Assembly (NCBI GenBank): GCA_951406725.2
Contig: OX597824.1
Span: 8,804,001-8,868,000, forward strand
Length of the DNA: 64,000 nt
Source: Octopus vulgaris
Taxonomy: Eukaryota
Direction: 5' to 3'
Below, one piece after another: positions 11,797-25,508 of the stretch. Below the pieces are notes generated by a model. The model was not told the origin of the DNA. It saw only the letters and a program-made list of their open reading frames with translations, and ran no database searches. The translations under genes were made by a program, and so were the position numbers. The first letter of the stretch is position 1; every line of letters starts with the position of its first letter.

Positions 11797-11929
11797 CAAC
11801 CGGGGAGAAAATATAAGAATTTCTTCGGTTTATGGTGGGAATTCTTTTCTTTATAGCTCTGTTATTATTGATAACACTGCGAAATTCTAAACTTTTAATT
11901 TAATTCTAAAAAATAAGAAGTATTAATGT

Positions 11930-12675
<746 letters not shown>

Positions 12676-13080
12676 TTATTTTTGTTTCAGAAATAATATA
12701 TTATAATATAATATATTTCATTACGCTTACTTTTGGTTGAGAAGACTTTATAAGAAGGATTGTGGATTTGAAATTTGAAAAAAAAAAAGATGGCAGATAA
12801 ATCGTAAGATTTTTCTATTCTTTTTCAAATAAGTAACATTTATTTAAATATATCGAATTTTCTAATGAAATTTCTTCGAGATGATGAAATAGGGGTTAGG
12901 GCAGGAATGACATAAATTCTGATTCTAGGAATGATTGCTTATAATGGTAACCAGTTGCGTAATATATTTATGGGAAGAGCGAAGATCTGCGCAAACATTT
13001 TCGCAGTTCACAACGTCTTGGTGAGAAACCGACTCTGTTACGTTCTGTGTCCTTACAAGAATTCCATCAACTTCAGATTG

Positions 13081-13127
<47 letters not shown>

Positions 13128-13282
13128 GTATGGATAAATGTATTTACAGAGAGAGAGAGAGACAGAGACAGAGAGAAAGTGGAGGAGAAGGAAAAAGGAA
13201 AGGGAAAGAAAGAGAGAAGAGGGAAGTGAATTACATGTTCAGAAAAGAATAAAACGATCGAATATGATACGAACCGATTAAC

Positions 13283-13900
13283 AGGAAGAGGAGGAGGAAG
13301 AGGAGGAGGAAGGGGAGTGGGAGGAAGGGAAGGAGAAGAAAAAGAATGTGATGATGATGATGATAATGATGACGATGATCCTGATGATGATAATGATGAT
13401 GATGATGATGATGACATTGATGATGATCATCATGATGAGGATGATGATGAAATAGAAGAAGAAGAATGTGATGATGATGACAATGATGTTGAGGATGTTG
13501 ATGACAATGATGTTGATGATGATGAGAAAGAAGGAGAAGAAAAGGAAGAAGAGGGGAAGTAGTAGCAGTAGTACAACAAGAAGCAGAAGAAGAAGAATGT
13601 GATGATGATGACAATGATGATGATGTTGATAAAGAAGAAGATGTTGATGATGATGATAATGATGATGATGATGATGAAGAAGAAGAAGAAGAAGAAGAGG
13701 AGGAGGAGGAGAGGAAGAAGAAGAAGAAAAAGGCGAAAAAGACGAAAGGGGAGAAGAATGTGATGATGATGACAATGATGTTGATTATGTTGATGATGAA
13801 GAAGAAGAAGAAGAGGAAGAATAAGAATAAGAATAAGAAGAAGAAGAAGAAGAAGAAGAAGAGGTGGAGAATTAGGGGAGGAGGAGGAGGATGGGGAAAC
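13283..13900. repeat. purine-rich compound (GAT)n/(GAA)n/(GAG)n tract with a recurring higher-order motif
   Basis: AAGAATGTGATGATGATGA(C/T)AATGATG recurs near 13342, 13462, 13592 and 13755. Confidence 0.9.
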
Positions 13901-14473
13901 AAAAAAGTAGATGTAGGCGGTGGTATGTGAGAGTGAGTTAATAAGTGACGCTAGTTATTGAATACTTTATGTAAGAAAAGATTTAGTGTAATCCGCCAAA
14001 AGCTGATTAATTCTTTCTTGCAATCACGTTTTGAAGATTAAAAATCGAAGACACGGTGTTAAATAATAATTTTACAGACCCATCACGCTCTCTCCCCCTC
14101 ACACCACATTCACACACGCATACATGCGTTATATATATTTATACTTGAATATATATACATACACATACACACATCCGCTTGAATGCAAAATATATTTTCA
14201 AAAACAATGTATTAATACATACAAACGTAGATTATATTTATTATTATAATCTGAGATTATGCCTACAAGTTACATCATTCAATGGTCATACCTACAAACA
14301 TACATAACCATACACATGCGCACACGTACAGAAGCGCTGAAAACGTAACGATTTTTATAATATACATGAGTTTCAGAATGCTGGTAGAACATCAATCACG
14401 TGAGCTTATGGGCCTTTTTTATGCGACAACGTCCGCAGGAAGTCTTCATCATCATTATTTTCTCAATGGCCGT

Positions 14474-14661
14474 TGGACGAAATGTTTGGCGGTATTTTGC
14501 CCGTCGATACGTTCTGAGTTCAAATTCGGCCGAGGTCGATTTTGCCTTTCATACTTTCGGGGTCGATATATTAAGTACCAGTGAAATAATGGGGTCGATG
14601 TGATCGCATTGTCCTCTCCCTTAAAATTTCCGGCCTTGTGACTATAGCAGAAAGGGTTATT
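14474..14661 (+). mobile_element. SINE family A, tail A2
   Basis: SINE A body followed by the alternative tail AAAATTTCCGGCCTTGTGACTATAGCAGAAAGG. Confidence 0.8.
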
Positions 14662-14898
14662 TTTCCAATAGCGTTATTTTGACCAAACCGGTTCCATTTT
14701 TGCATTCCTTCTCCAATACAAAGTGCACAAACTTCCAAAGCGACCCTGTTTAAGGTTATGAAGATAGTCAAACCATGTTGAAAATAAGAGTCGATTGTGG
14801 AACTGATCTAGCATGGCTATAACTTTTTTGCTAGATTGTCTTGCAATCACCAGTCCAATAGAGGGCAGTTTGAACTACAGCAGCACTTTTACACCTTT

Positions 14899-15068
14899 TA
14901 GGGATGGGATACACGACCAGAAGAAAATTCTAACCGGGCCCCACCTGCAGGGTCATGCATGACAACCATATGTGTACGACATGGTGATCTCATATCAAGA
15001 CAAACAGCGCATGACCTTGCAGGTGGGGCCCAGTTAGAAATTTCTTCTGATCGTGTAGCCCATCCCTA
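14899..15068. mobile_element. fold-back element with about 60 bp GC-rich inverted arms and TA flanks (MITE-like)
   Basis: TA-GGGATGGGATACACGACCAGAAGAAAATTCTAACCGGGCCCCACCTGCAGGGTCATGC (to 14958) pairs with GCATGACCTTGCAGGTGGGGCCCAGTTAGAAATTTCTTCTGATCGTGTAGCCCATCCC-TA (from 15009). Confidence 0.75.
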
Positions 15069-15285
15069 GAGGTCTTTTCATATGAGTGGGAGAGCGTATG
15101 AAATAATATTTCTAACATATACACAAAAATATACTCCCACACGCATATATACACACACATAGGCAACACACACATCAACATGTGATATCTTGAGATGCTC
15201 AGTATAGAGAACACGTACTAGTGCTCAGATGATTTGAACTTAAACAACTCTGAAATCTCTATGAATATGGTAAAGGAAACCCAGG

Positions 15286-15335
<50 letters not shown>

Positions 15336-15408
15336 CATATATATTATAAATATTCATAAGTACATATGCACATGTGCATGTATATATAGGGATACATATA
15401 ACTGTAAA

Positions 15409-15447
<39 letters not shown>

Positions 15448-16459
15448 GTCCTCTTGATGTTGGTCTGTTGGGCAGTAGGAGTGTCACTCTAATGTCTAAA
15501 ACCGCAAATATTACCAAAATTTTACTTGACACGTTTGCTCGAACTGGCGTCCAAAGGATTGGTTGGACTAGTCTCAGTACCAAATCTGGTATCAACGCCA
15601 ATTCACGTTCGTCATCTTCTTATTTAGTATATATACACACACACACACACGACATATATACATACATACATACATGCATACATGTATATTTATATATATA
15701 CATATATATATAGATAGATACATAGATCGATAGATAGATATATATGTAGGCATAGATGTATATATATATATATATATATATGCATATATAATTATGAATA
15801 CTTACACACAAGCTTATATGTATATATAGCAGGCTAGTAGATGTCAAGCCATGTATGTGCTGTGTTGGAGTATTTCTAAAAATGATAGTATTACTTAACG
15901 AAACTGAAAGTAGAAACAGACAGACAGTCTCAGCAACAGACTTACAGATGTAGCGGTCTGAAAACGAGAATGCGTGTGTGTGTGTGCATGTGTGTGTGTA
16001 TGTGTGTCCGGGCGCTGCATAATATATTCCACGGCATCATGCATTAGTGCGTCTATACACCCGTACATGCATTCGTACATGCATAAACAGTTACACGAAA
16101 GAGACAGAATCAGATCCAAATGAAAAGAAAAAAAAAAGTGAATACGTTCACATATTTGCACAAACACAAAGAATTCAGAAAAAATGTAAAAAAGAAAAAT
16201 GAAGAAGAAAGTAAAAAAAAACACAACAAAAAACAAAAAAAACAAAATCAATTATGCGACGGAGAAGTGGAAAGTTTATGTGAAACCGTCAAACGATAAC
16301 AAGGATTTAAAAACAGAAATTCAATGGAAATCTGTTTGGGGATTGGTGATAAAAAAACAAAACAAAAAGGTTATGATATAAATACGTTTTCGTTTTTATA
16401 TCTGGAAATTTCCTACACATGTATGCATGTATATAAGTGTGTGCATGAATCTCTCTTTC

Positions 16460-16517
<58 letters not shown>

Positions 16518-16607
16518 TATATATATGTATATATATATGTATATGTATACATGTATATATATATATATAGATATATCTACCTATATCATTACTGTTGATC
16601 ATATACA

Positions 16608-16663
<56 letters not shown>

Positions 16664-16692
16664 GTATACATATATATATATGTATATATATG

Positions 16693-16726
<34 letters not shown>

Positions 16727-17049
16727 GGGATGTGTTTGTTACCTATTGTGTTTGCCCACTGGATAGTTTTCGTTTGTGCTTCTGTTTTTTCTTTCTCTCC
16801 TATTGCTGTTGCATACAACAAATAGTGAGGATGCATATCCCACAGCCACACCCACGACCGCCAACCACGATCACACCCACGTACACACACATTCATATAC
16901 GGTGCCATGTGCATGCGTGTGCACAGTACATATATACATGTAAGTGTATACACGATTGGGCGTGTTTCCTATGTGTGTGTGTGTGAATCTATCTTTGCAC
17001 ATATACACCACATGCATACATACATTCATGTATACATAGATACATACAT

Positions 17050-17080
<31 letters not shown>

Positions 17081-17170
17081 CAAATACATATATATGCATA
17101 CACATACATATACATACTCACACGCGTATGATCATATATACATATATATGTATATATATATGTATGTATG

Positions 17171-17202
<32 letters not shown>

Positions 17203-17340
17203 CGTATGTATATATATATATATACACAAATGCATATATATGCATACATATACATATACATACCCACATGCTTATGTTCATACATACATATATATATGCA
17301 TATATACATATATAGATGTATATATATATCCGTATGTATG

Positions 17341-17396
<56 letters not shown>
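16460..17396. repeat. compound (TA)n/(CA)n/(TATG)n tract
   Basis: Direct reading. Confidence 0.9.
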
Positions 17397-17398
<2 letters not shown>

Positions 17399-17639
17399 TG
17401 CTTATGCATGCGTGTGCCTGGAAAAAAATTTAGGATACTTTGGTTGACATATATATAAGATACCAATCATTTTTTTTTATATGGTAAAACATTTGCTTTT
17501 ATTACGATTAAATCAATAGTCTTTATTTTCTCTTGTTTCCTTTTTCGTCTTTCTTTCCCTCTAACACTAACACCTCCTCTTCATTTCACCCACCTCTCCA
17601 CTTCTTCCTCCTCCACCTCCACCTCGTTCTTTTTCCTCA

Positions 17640-17707
17640 TTGTCATCATCATGATCATGGTTGTCCCTGTCCCCCTCATCATTATTATTACTATTATTAT
17701 TATCATT

Positions 17708-17749
<42 letters not shown>

Positions 17750-17822
17750 CTTCTTCTTCTTCTTCTTATTATTATTATTATTATTATCATTATTATTATT
17801 ATCATTATTATTATCATTATTA

Positions 17823-17866
<44 letters not shown>

Positions 17867-17905
17867 TTTATTATAATTTTGTTGTTGTTGTTATTATTAT
17901 CATTC
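17640..17905. repeat. compound (TTA)n/(TTG)n/(TTC)n tract
   Basis: Direct reading. Confidence 0.92.
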
Positions 17906-19343
17906 ACGGTTTTAAAAATACATTACGTATACTTTTATATATGATCATTATTATTTTTTTTTACCCCCAAATGCCAGCCAAACAAATCTCCATGTTTGTT
18001 TGGTCTCTGCATGGTGGTAATACGAAATGTCACGAATGGCTTGACTCGTATGAATTCGCTTTCATCTGCAACATTTATACTAGTTTCAAACAGAAAAGAA
18101 AAGAAAAACAAAATGCTGAAGCATCGCCTCCACTACACATGCGAGGGTGTTGGAAAATTATTAGATTCACTAAACTGACCTTTGGTTTGGGAAGGGAATC
18201 TGCATGGCTCTCGTTATTTGTATCTCAATGTTGATCGGATAAAACGTTCTAGAAGCAACAACCAGGTAGATTCTCGTTGCTAAACTGGGACCTCCCCAGC
18301 TACACAAATTCATGAATACGACGCGCTCAGTTATTGACTGAGGACAATAAATAATATTTGTTTACATTAATTGCATTTTGAATTTCATTGATGATGTTTA
18401 GTGGGAAAAACGAACAAAGTGAAAAATGAATGTTTTTACAAATGCAATGACCCGCAATTGTTCTGCTGGAGATCAATTAATTAATAACGTTTGATGTTGA
18501 CAACCTAACATGATGCGAACAGGCAGAGCCAGAAATTTTTTGGTGTCGCTTTTGTAAATCATTTTATTTCATTTAAGGACTCTTCCGTGATTCTACATTA
18601 AAGAACAAACATTATATATAATAGCTCTCAATAAATAAATATAAATGAATTAAAAGAAATTAAAATGAAAAGAAGCGGTTCTAAAATGTCGCTCTGTTTA
18701 TTGAGAATTTCCAATAATATTTGAATTAGCTGAAATTGAATTAAACAGTTTTAAGATCAAATCTATGACCCAATCGATCGATTTCCTTCATATTGAAACA
18801 ATATTAATCTATATTGCATATATTACTTTTTTATTTTATAGAATTTGTGCATTTATGATATTTTAATTAATGGAAATAGCAGATATGTTTCAATTATTCA
18901 AATTTTGGGTTAAATAAATAGATTTCGGATGTTCCATTTATCATATTTGTTAAACGAGATATTTTTCAATCATATTACCTAAACCAAAGTGAAGGGTGTG
19001 CAGCGTTTTGCTTAAAGTGTTAGTTTTACGACCATATGTTCGAGGGTTCAAATCCTGGACGAACTGCGCGTTTTGTCCCTTCTTTCCCGACGCAAAATAA
19101 CTGCTCGCTGAGTGCACGGTGCTGTCACACCTCTCTCTTTCTCAACTTCCACATGTTGGATGTTGCATTAGTCAAGTGCAGATACGATGCAGACTAGTCA
19201 AGTGCGGAGACGGTATTTCTATCTACACGCTACACGCTACTCTATAGGCACATAAAGCAGTTAACGAAAGCGTAGAACCTACTACGAAACCACACTCTTT
19301 TGTAAATGACAGCAGTAATCATAAATAGTTCAACTATTAAAAG

Positions 19344-19733
19344 CAGGGACGTACCGCCTAGGTAGGCAAGACAGGCACTGCCTACCTTAAATAAAATAAA
19401 TAATATTTATGGCAAAATATGGACATAATTCAATAAAATTATGAAGTTTACTCTGATTACTATGCATAAAATGCAAAATATTTTATTTTTTCTGTAGATT
19501 AGACAGGCATTATTCGCCTCTGCATTTTAATCTCAGTATTAAAGCTATGCATAGTACTGGTGTAGTACACATGCTGCGTACACTCCTACAACACAGTTTT
19601 CTTTACGCGCTATAAGGGCAGAAGTAAAGCTGCTTTCAACTCGGTCGGTACCGGTGTTTCGCTTAATTTTTTGTGTGTTTTACTACATAAAGGTCACCAA
19701 CTGCCTACCCTGAGTAATGACGGCACGTGCCTG
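19344..19733. mobile_element. hAT-type MITE (about 390 bp) with 8-bp TSD
   Basis: Imperfect TIRs CAGGGACGTACCGCC / GACGGCACGTGCCTG, subterminal GGTAGGCA/TGCCTACC motifs, and flanks ATTAAAAG (19336-19343) and GTTAAAAG (19734-19741). Confidence 0.8.
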
Positions 19734-20043
19734 GTTAAAAGGAAACAAGAAAACAATAATAAAAAGAAATGTGTAAATTTAAATATTTTTCCCAGTGCGT
19801 TAGTTTCTTTGGGCCAAAAATTATGATGTTTTATCATTTATCTTCTGGTGCTCTTGATCTCACTGACCTATAGTCACACATGTTCCAATTATGGCCACCC
19901 TGTGTGCGTGTGTTGTAGTTTATCTCGGGCAAAAATACTTCCACGTATATTCTGTTTTTCATACCTTTCGGTATATGGGTATGCGATTACGCATAGAAAT
20001 GTATGTGCGCGTGGAAGTTCGTATATATATATATATATATATA

Positions 20044-20220
20044 CGTGAGCACCGCCAGCAATTTTTTTCCTCTGTCTTCCCTTCTCGGGATCTTTCCTTC
20101 TCCTTTGTTTCGACGAAGAGCTCCGCTCAAAACGTTAAACCCTCCTTCCCTTCTTTCCTGAGCGTCCAATAATATATATCCTCGCGTTGGTGTGTTTTTT
20201 TTGTGTTTTCTTGTTTGGAT

Positions 20221-20225
<5 letters not shown>
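20044..20225 (+). mobile_element. family D2 short TA-inserted element with mutated hammerhead core
   Basis: Homologous to 25731-25935. Motif GTTT-CGACGA-A-GAGC-TCC-GCTC-AAAA-CG-TT-AAAC at 20107-20140. (TA)n on both sides. Confidence 0.75.
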
Positions 20226-20268
<43 letters not shown>

Positions 20269-21196
20269 GTGTGTGTGTGTGTGTGTGTGTATACACATAT
20301 ATAAGTATGTATATGTGTCTTCTTTTTCTTCTTCCTCTTTTTCTTCTACTTCTATTTCTTCCTCCCACTCCTTCTCTTCGCTTTTTCCTTCCTCGACTGT
20401 TGCTGCTTAAACCATAAAACTTTAGAACAAAACATGCATCCATAAAAACGACTCTTCAAATCCGCTACAACCTACCTTACCAGATATCACAAAAGAAAAG
20501 AGGGAGACAGAAAAAAGGAAAATGTCCTACCTATTTCAAGGCTATGGAAATATTTATGGCAAAATATGGACATTTCATTTATTTGTTTCTTCGATTTACT
20601 CTGATTACTATGCATAAAATGCAAAATATTTTATTTTTTCTGTAGATTAGACAGGCATTATTCGCCTCTGCATTTTAATCTCAGTATTAAAGCTATGCAT
20701 AGTACTGGTGTAGTACACATGCTGCGTACACTCCTACAACACAGTTTTCTTTACGCGCTATAAGGGCAGAAGTAAAGCTGCTTTCAACTCGGTCGGTACC
20801 GGTGTTTCGCTTAATTTTTTGTGTGTTTTACTACATAAAGGTCACCAACTGCCTACCCTGAGTAATGACGGCACGTGTCTGGTTAAAAGGAAACAAGAAA
20901 ACAACAATAAGAAGAAATGTGGAAATTTAAATATTTTTCCCAGTGCGTTAGTTTCTCAGGGCCCCAAAAACCCATGATGTTTTATCATTTATCTTCTGGT
21001 GCTCTTGATCTCACTGACCTATAGTCACACATGTTCCAATTATGGCCACCCTGTGTGCGTGTGTTGTAGTTTATCTCGGGCAAAAATACTTCCACGTATA
21101 TTCTGTTTTTCATACCTTTCGGTATATGGGTATGCGATTACGCATAGAAATGCATGTGCGCGTGGAAGTTCGTATATATATATATATATATATATA

Positions 21197-21387
21197 CGTG
21201 AGCACCGCCAGCAATTTTTTTTCCTCTGTCTTCCCTTCTCGGGATCTTTCCTTCTCCTTTGTTTCGACGAAGAGCTCCGCTCAAAACGTTAAACCCTCCT
21301 TCCCTTCTTTCCTGAGCGTCCAATAATACTTTATTTGTTCCACGTCCTCGCGTTGGTGTGTTTTTTTTTGTGTTTTCTTGTTTGGAT

Positions 21388-21391
<4 letters not shown>
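21197..21391 (+). mobile_element. family D2 element (duplicate of 20044-20225)
   Basis: Same mutated hammerhead motif at 21261-21294. 3' end GGATTAAC abuts (TA)n. Confidence 0.75.
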
Positions 21392-21454
<63 letters not shown>

Positions 21455-21495
21455 ATGTATGTATATATATATGTATATGTGTGTGTGTGTGTGTT

Positions 21496-21650
21496 TGTAC
21501 ATTTGTGTTTGTCCCCCCCAACATCGCTCTCAGCCGATGCTGCTGTTTTTATGTCCCCCGTAACTTAGAGCTTTGGCAAAAGAGAGCGATAGAATGAATA
21601 CTAGGCTTACAAAGAATAAGTCCTGGAGTCGATTTGCTCGACTAAATGAC
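21496..21650 (+). mobile_element. SINE family B 3' half
   Basis: GTGTTTGTCCCCCCAACATCGC...GATTTGCTCGACTAAA. Present only in the second duplication unit. Confidence 0.8.
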
Positions 21651-21890
21651 TAGAATCACAAAGAAAAGAGGGAGACAGAAAAATGGAAAATATCCTACCT
21701 ATTTCAAGGCTATGGAAATATTTAAAAAGCATTTCATTAATTTTTTTCTTCGATATAATTGTTTTTATTCTTAATTAATATTCACCTTTGTTCTACTCTT
21801 AGTTGAAAATGTCGAAAAGAAAGAAACCGCTACTGACCCCTGGAACATGTATTTCAGGACAAAATTATTTTAGCATTTCCTACATTGTCT

Positions 21891-21961
<71 letters not shown>

Positions 21962-21980
21962 AGCATATTAATAAATAAAA

Positions 21981-22092
21981 CTTATTCTTTTGTAAGCCCA
22001 GTACTTATTCAATCAGTCTCTTTTGCCGAACCGCTAAGTAACGGGGACATAAACACACCAGCATCGGTTGTCAAGCAATGCTAGACAAACAC
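21981..22092 (-). mobile_element. SINE family B internal fragment
   Basis: Matches 6540-6650. Confidence 0.8.
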
Positions 22093-22794
22093 AGAAAACA
22101 TAGACACAAACCCAAGGAACTGGACATTTTTTTAAACAACAAAAAAATAGAGTACAGGACAATTAACACAAAGAAAAAAACCTTCTTCAGTCGCTATGGT
22201 TTATATATATATATGTGTGTGTGTGTTCATATATATATATATTATATGTATTCATGTAGGTGTGTGTATTTATGCACCCTTTGTGTATAATCCTTTCACA
22301 TATGAGTGTAATTCGAGGTTCACTCCTTGACTCCGTTGATGAATAACTTTCCGACGGCAATAATAACATCTTTTCATTTCCACTGCTAATGCCATGAAAA
22401 TCGTTCAATTCCCGCTGTCTACCGCCATGTTCTTCCCATCTGCGCAGAAAACAATGATTCAAATGTGAACCAGCGCAGTTAGAAAGCTGCTGACAAAGCA
22501 ACCACATTAGAATACACTGATTCCCATTTGCATTTATTTGCTCCGACAACAATAAAACAAAGATTCATGAAAAGCGGAATATATGCCATTTAATAAATCG
22601 ATAATTATTCCGTTTGATGAGTAACTTACAACAAAATATAAATGTAATGAATAATTTTGATGACTTTCGAAATAATTATATCGTTCTGTAATATTGGCTC
22701 TCTCTCCCTCCCTCTCTCTGTCTCTCTCATCCTCTCCCTTTGTATACATCCATATGTCTGTATCTATATCTATATGTATCTATCTGAAAAAGCA

Positions 22795-22876
<82 letters not shown>

Positions 22877-22910
22877 GCGTTCATCCCTGTGTGGCTAATA
22901 AAGAAACATA
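22877..22910 (+). mobile_element. family E 3' end at the edge of a (TCTA)n tract
   Basis: CCCTGTGTGGCTAATAAAGAAACATA directly after (TCTA)n 22796-22875 and followed by TCTA. Confidence 0.7.
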
Positions 22911-23066
22911 TCTATATGTAAGCACATACGCACATACACACAGGCACGCATAGATTTATATGCGTACTCGAGTACAGAAATATGTAGATGTGAGTGGAAT
23001 ATATTTCCTGCACTCTTCAAAGTGCAATAAGGGACCATTTATATTGTTGATTTAGTCCCACGTAAA

Positions 23067-23287
23067 GGGGGCGCGCTGGCAGAATCGTTAGCAGGCCGGG
23101 CAAAATTCTTGAGCGGTATTTCGCCTGTCTTTGCTCCGAGTTCTAATGCCACCGGGATCGACTTTGCCTTTCGTCCTTTCGGAGTCAATAAATTAAGTAC
23201 CATTGAAACACTGGGGTCCGGTCGATGTAATCGACTGTTCCCCTGCCCCAAAATTTCAGGCCTTGTGCCTATAGTAGAAAGGATGTA
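23067..23287 (+). mobile_element. SINE family A, tail A2, full length
   Basis: GGGGCGCGCTGGCAGAATCGTTAGC...AAAATTTCAGGCCTTGTGCCTATAGTAGAAAGG. Confidence 0.85.
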
Positions 23288-23711
23288 GTCCGAGGTACAA
23301 TCTGATCGAAGGCAACGAAACAGCCAGTTGCAAAAGCATCCTATAGACTGCGTTGCAGTATTCGCCTTGCTTCTCTGCACTCTGAGTTTAAATAGCTAAA
23401 AGGAAGTTAACTTTACCTTACTTCCTTCCGGGGTCGATAAACAAAGTACCGGTGTTTCCTTCTACCTTTCTGCCTGTCTCTTTCTGAAAATACAAACTGC
23501 AACTCTGTTCAAATCTACAGATTGCTGGGTGCACTAAGTCTAGACGAGCTCCAAGACACCCTGCATGTCACGGCGGCACAGTTTTGTGACTCAATTAGAA
23601 ACTGAGAGCTGAAGGCACGGCAAGATTTAATCCAGGAAGCCCCAAATCAAATTTCCATCCGCGACCGTCCAATCTTATTTCCAGACAATCTATCACATAA
23701 ATATCAAGAGT

Positions 23712-24134
23712 TTTACTCTTTTACTCTTTTACTTGTTTCAGTCATTTGACTGCGGTCATGCTGGAGCACCGCCTTTAGTCGAGCAAATCGACCCCAGGAC
23801 TTATTCTTTGGAAGCTTAGTACTTATTCTCTCGGTCTCTTTTGCCGAACCACTAAGTGACGGGGACGTAAACACACCAGCATCGGTTGTCAAGCGATGCT
23901 GGGGGTGGGGGACAAACACAGACACACAAACATATACACACACATATAGGTACATATATATATGTATATATACATATATACGATGGGCTTCTTTCAGTTT
24001 CCATCGGTCAGATCCACTCACAAGGCTTTGGTCGGCCCTAAGCTATAGTAGAAGACACTTTCCCAAGGTGCCATATAGTGGGACTGAATCTGGAATGATG
24101 TGGTTGGTAAGCAAGCACTTACCATACAGCCTCC
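23712..24134 (-). mobile_element. SINE family B, full length
   Basis: Colinear with 6456-6860. Confidence 0.9.
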
Positions 24135-25284
24135 TATCATATTCTTTTGTAAGGTGGTGCTTGAGGAAAAATTACTCACGCGTTTTAGCATGTTGAGTGA
24201 CCGCTTAGAGGCTCTATCGTTGGTTCGTGATAAAAGTGTATCGTGTTAGAAAAATAAAGAGAGAAAAGCAGAGCAAAAGGACATTTTAGCGAAGAAGGAA
24301 TCTTTAAATTCTGTGTAGCTTATCTATAGCTGAACACTGCTTTAATAATTTATCTTTCATGTAAAATATGGATGCACTTCGTACTTGATAACACTAAAGA
24401 ACATCTTTATCACGTGTCATCGTTGGTTGGGCAAACAAGAGCAAACTATGCGCAAACGCGCGTGCATGTTGTATTTTCCGAGTCGCATTATATCCTAGAT
24501 TAGCCTAGAAACTTCTAGTACAATATTATTGGGTTCTGATCACGAGATGCTTCTCGAAGAATTAGTCTTGACAATCATGTAATTTCCATATTTTTTTTGT
24601 TTGTTTTTAAATTGAAAATTATTAGATCTCAACCATGGGGTTTCTGGAGCAATAATTATCAATGTAACTGCTCAGGCATCGCATCCAAATAATTACATTG
24701 TGATTATTAATGTTTATTCTTAGAATCTTTTCTAACAGTAACTATATCATTTTGTCTCCAACCGATTCCTTTAATCCCAAACCAACACAATAAAGACGAC
24801 GATAGCTGTTCTCACAACTCGTTAATTTTAAGTCGATATTTCTCTGTTGGAGATTCAAAAGGAGTATTTTGTCACGTGTTGCTTTTGATTTTTTTTTCCT
24901 CGTTTTGTTTTTTTTTTCCTATGGAAAACGGAAGAATATTTTTTAATGCATCCTTTTTAAAAAATTGCTTTAACATGAAAGAAAAAAATAAAGGAAGAAA
25001 TTTAAAGAAGTCTTTTTTATTCTGTTCCGTGTTTTACTATTCAGTATTATGTTCGTTTGTTTTTGTACTTTGCAATCCATCGCCGAAACGACTTCATCTT
25101 CATAATGAACTTATCGACGACTAATTGAAATTCGATTTCCTTGTGGAAAATATTCTCATTTAAAACGTCCAGATAACAATGTTTGTTGTTTAGAAGTGAG
25201 GATACGGTCCAGAAACCTGATAGAAATATCCTGCACAAAAGATGTCACTAACAACAACAACAATACCAACAGCAATAATGATTT

Positions 25285-25402
25285 TAAATGTTGACACAAG
25301 GCCAGCAATTTCTGGGGAGGGAGTAAGTCAATTACACAGACCTCAGTGCTCTACTGGTACTTAATTTATCGATTCTGAATAGTTGAAAGGTAAAGTCTAC
25401 CG
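25285..25402 (-). mobile_element. diverged SINE A (tail A2) 3' half
   Basis: CACAAGGCCAGCAATTTCTGGGGAG...CTGGTACTTAATTTATCGA...GAAAGGTAAAGTC. Confidence 0.7.
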
Positions 25403-25444
25403 CGTATATATGGTATGTATGCATATGTGTGATATTTATCCATG

Positions 25445-25505
<61 letters not shown>

Positions 25506-25508
<3 letters not shown>

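Larger units (their letters stand above)
19402..21716. repeat. about 1.15-kb tandem duplication (19402-20548 and 20549-21716)
   Basis: Long near-identical blocks (e.g. 19457-20225 vs 20596-21391). AATATTTA at 19402, 20549 and 21717. Confidence 0.9.

Noticed and set aside
13317-13562. Acidic D/E-rich ORF
   Set aside because: Lies wholly within (GAT)n/(GAA)n repeats with no complex flanking coding sequence or splice support.
18137-18165. Mariner/Tc1-like terminal motifs here and near 47071 and 49075
   Set aside because: Only single short ends could be seen, with no matching inverted partner or TSD.
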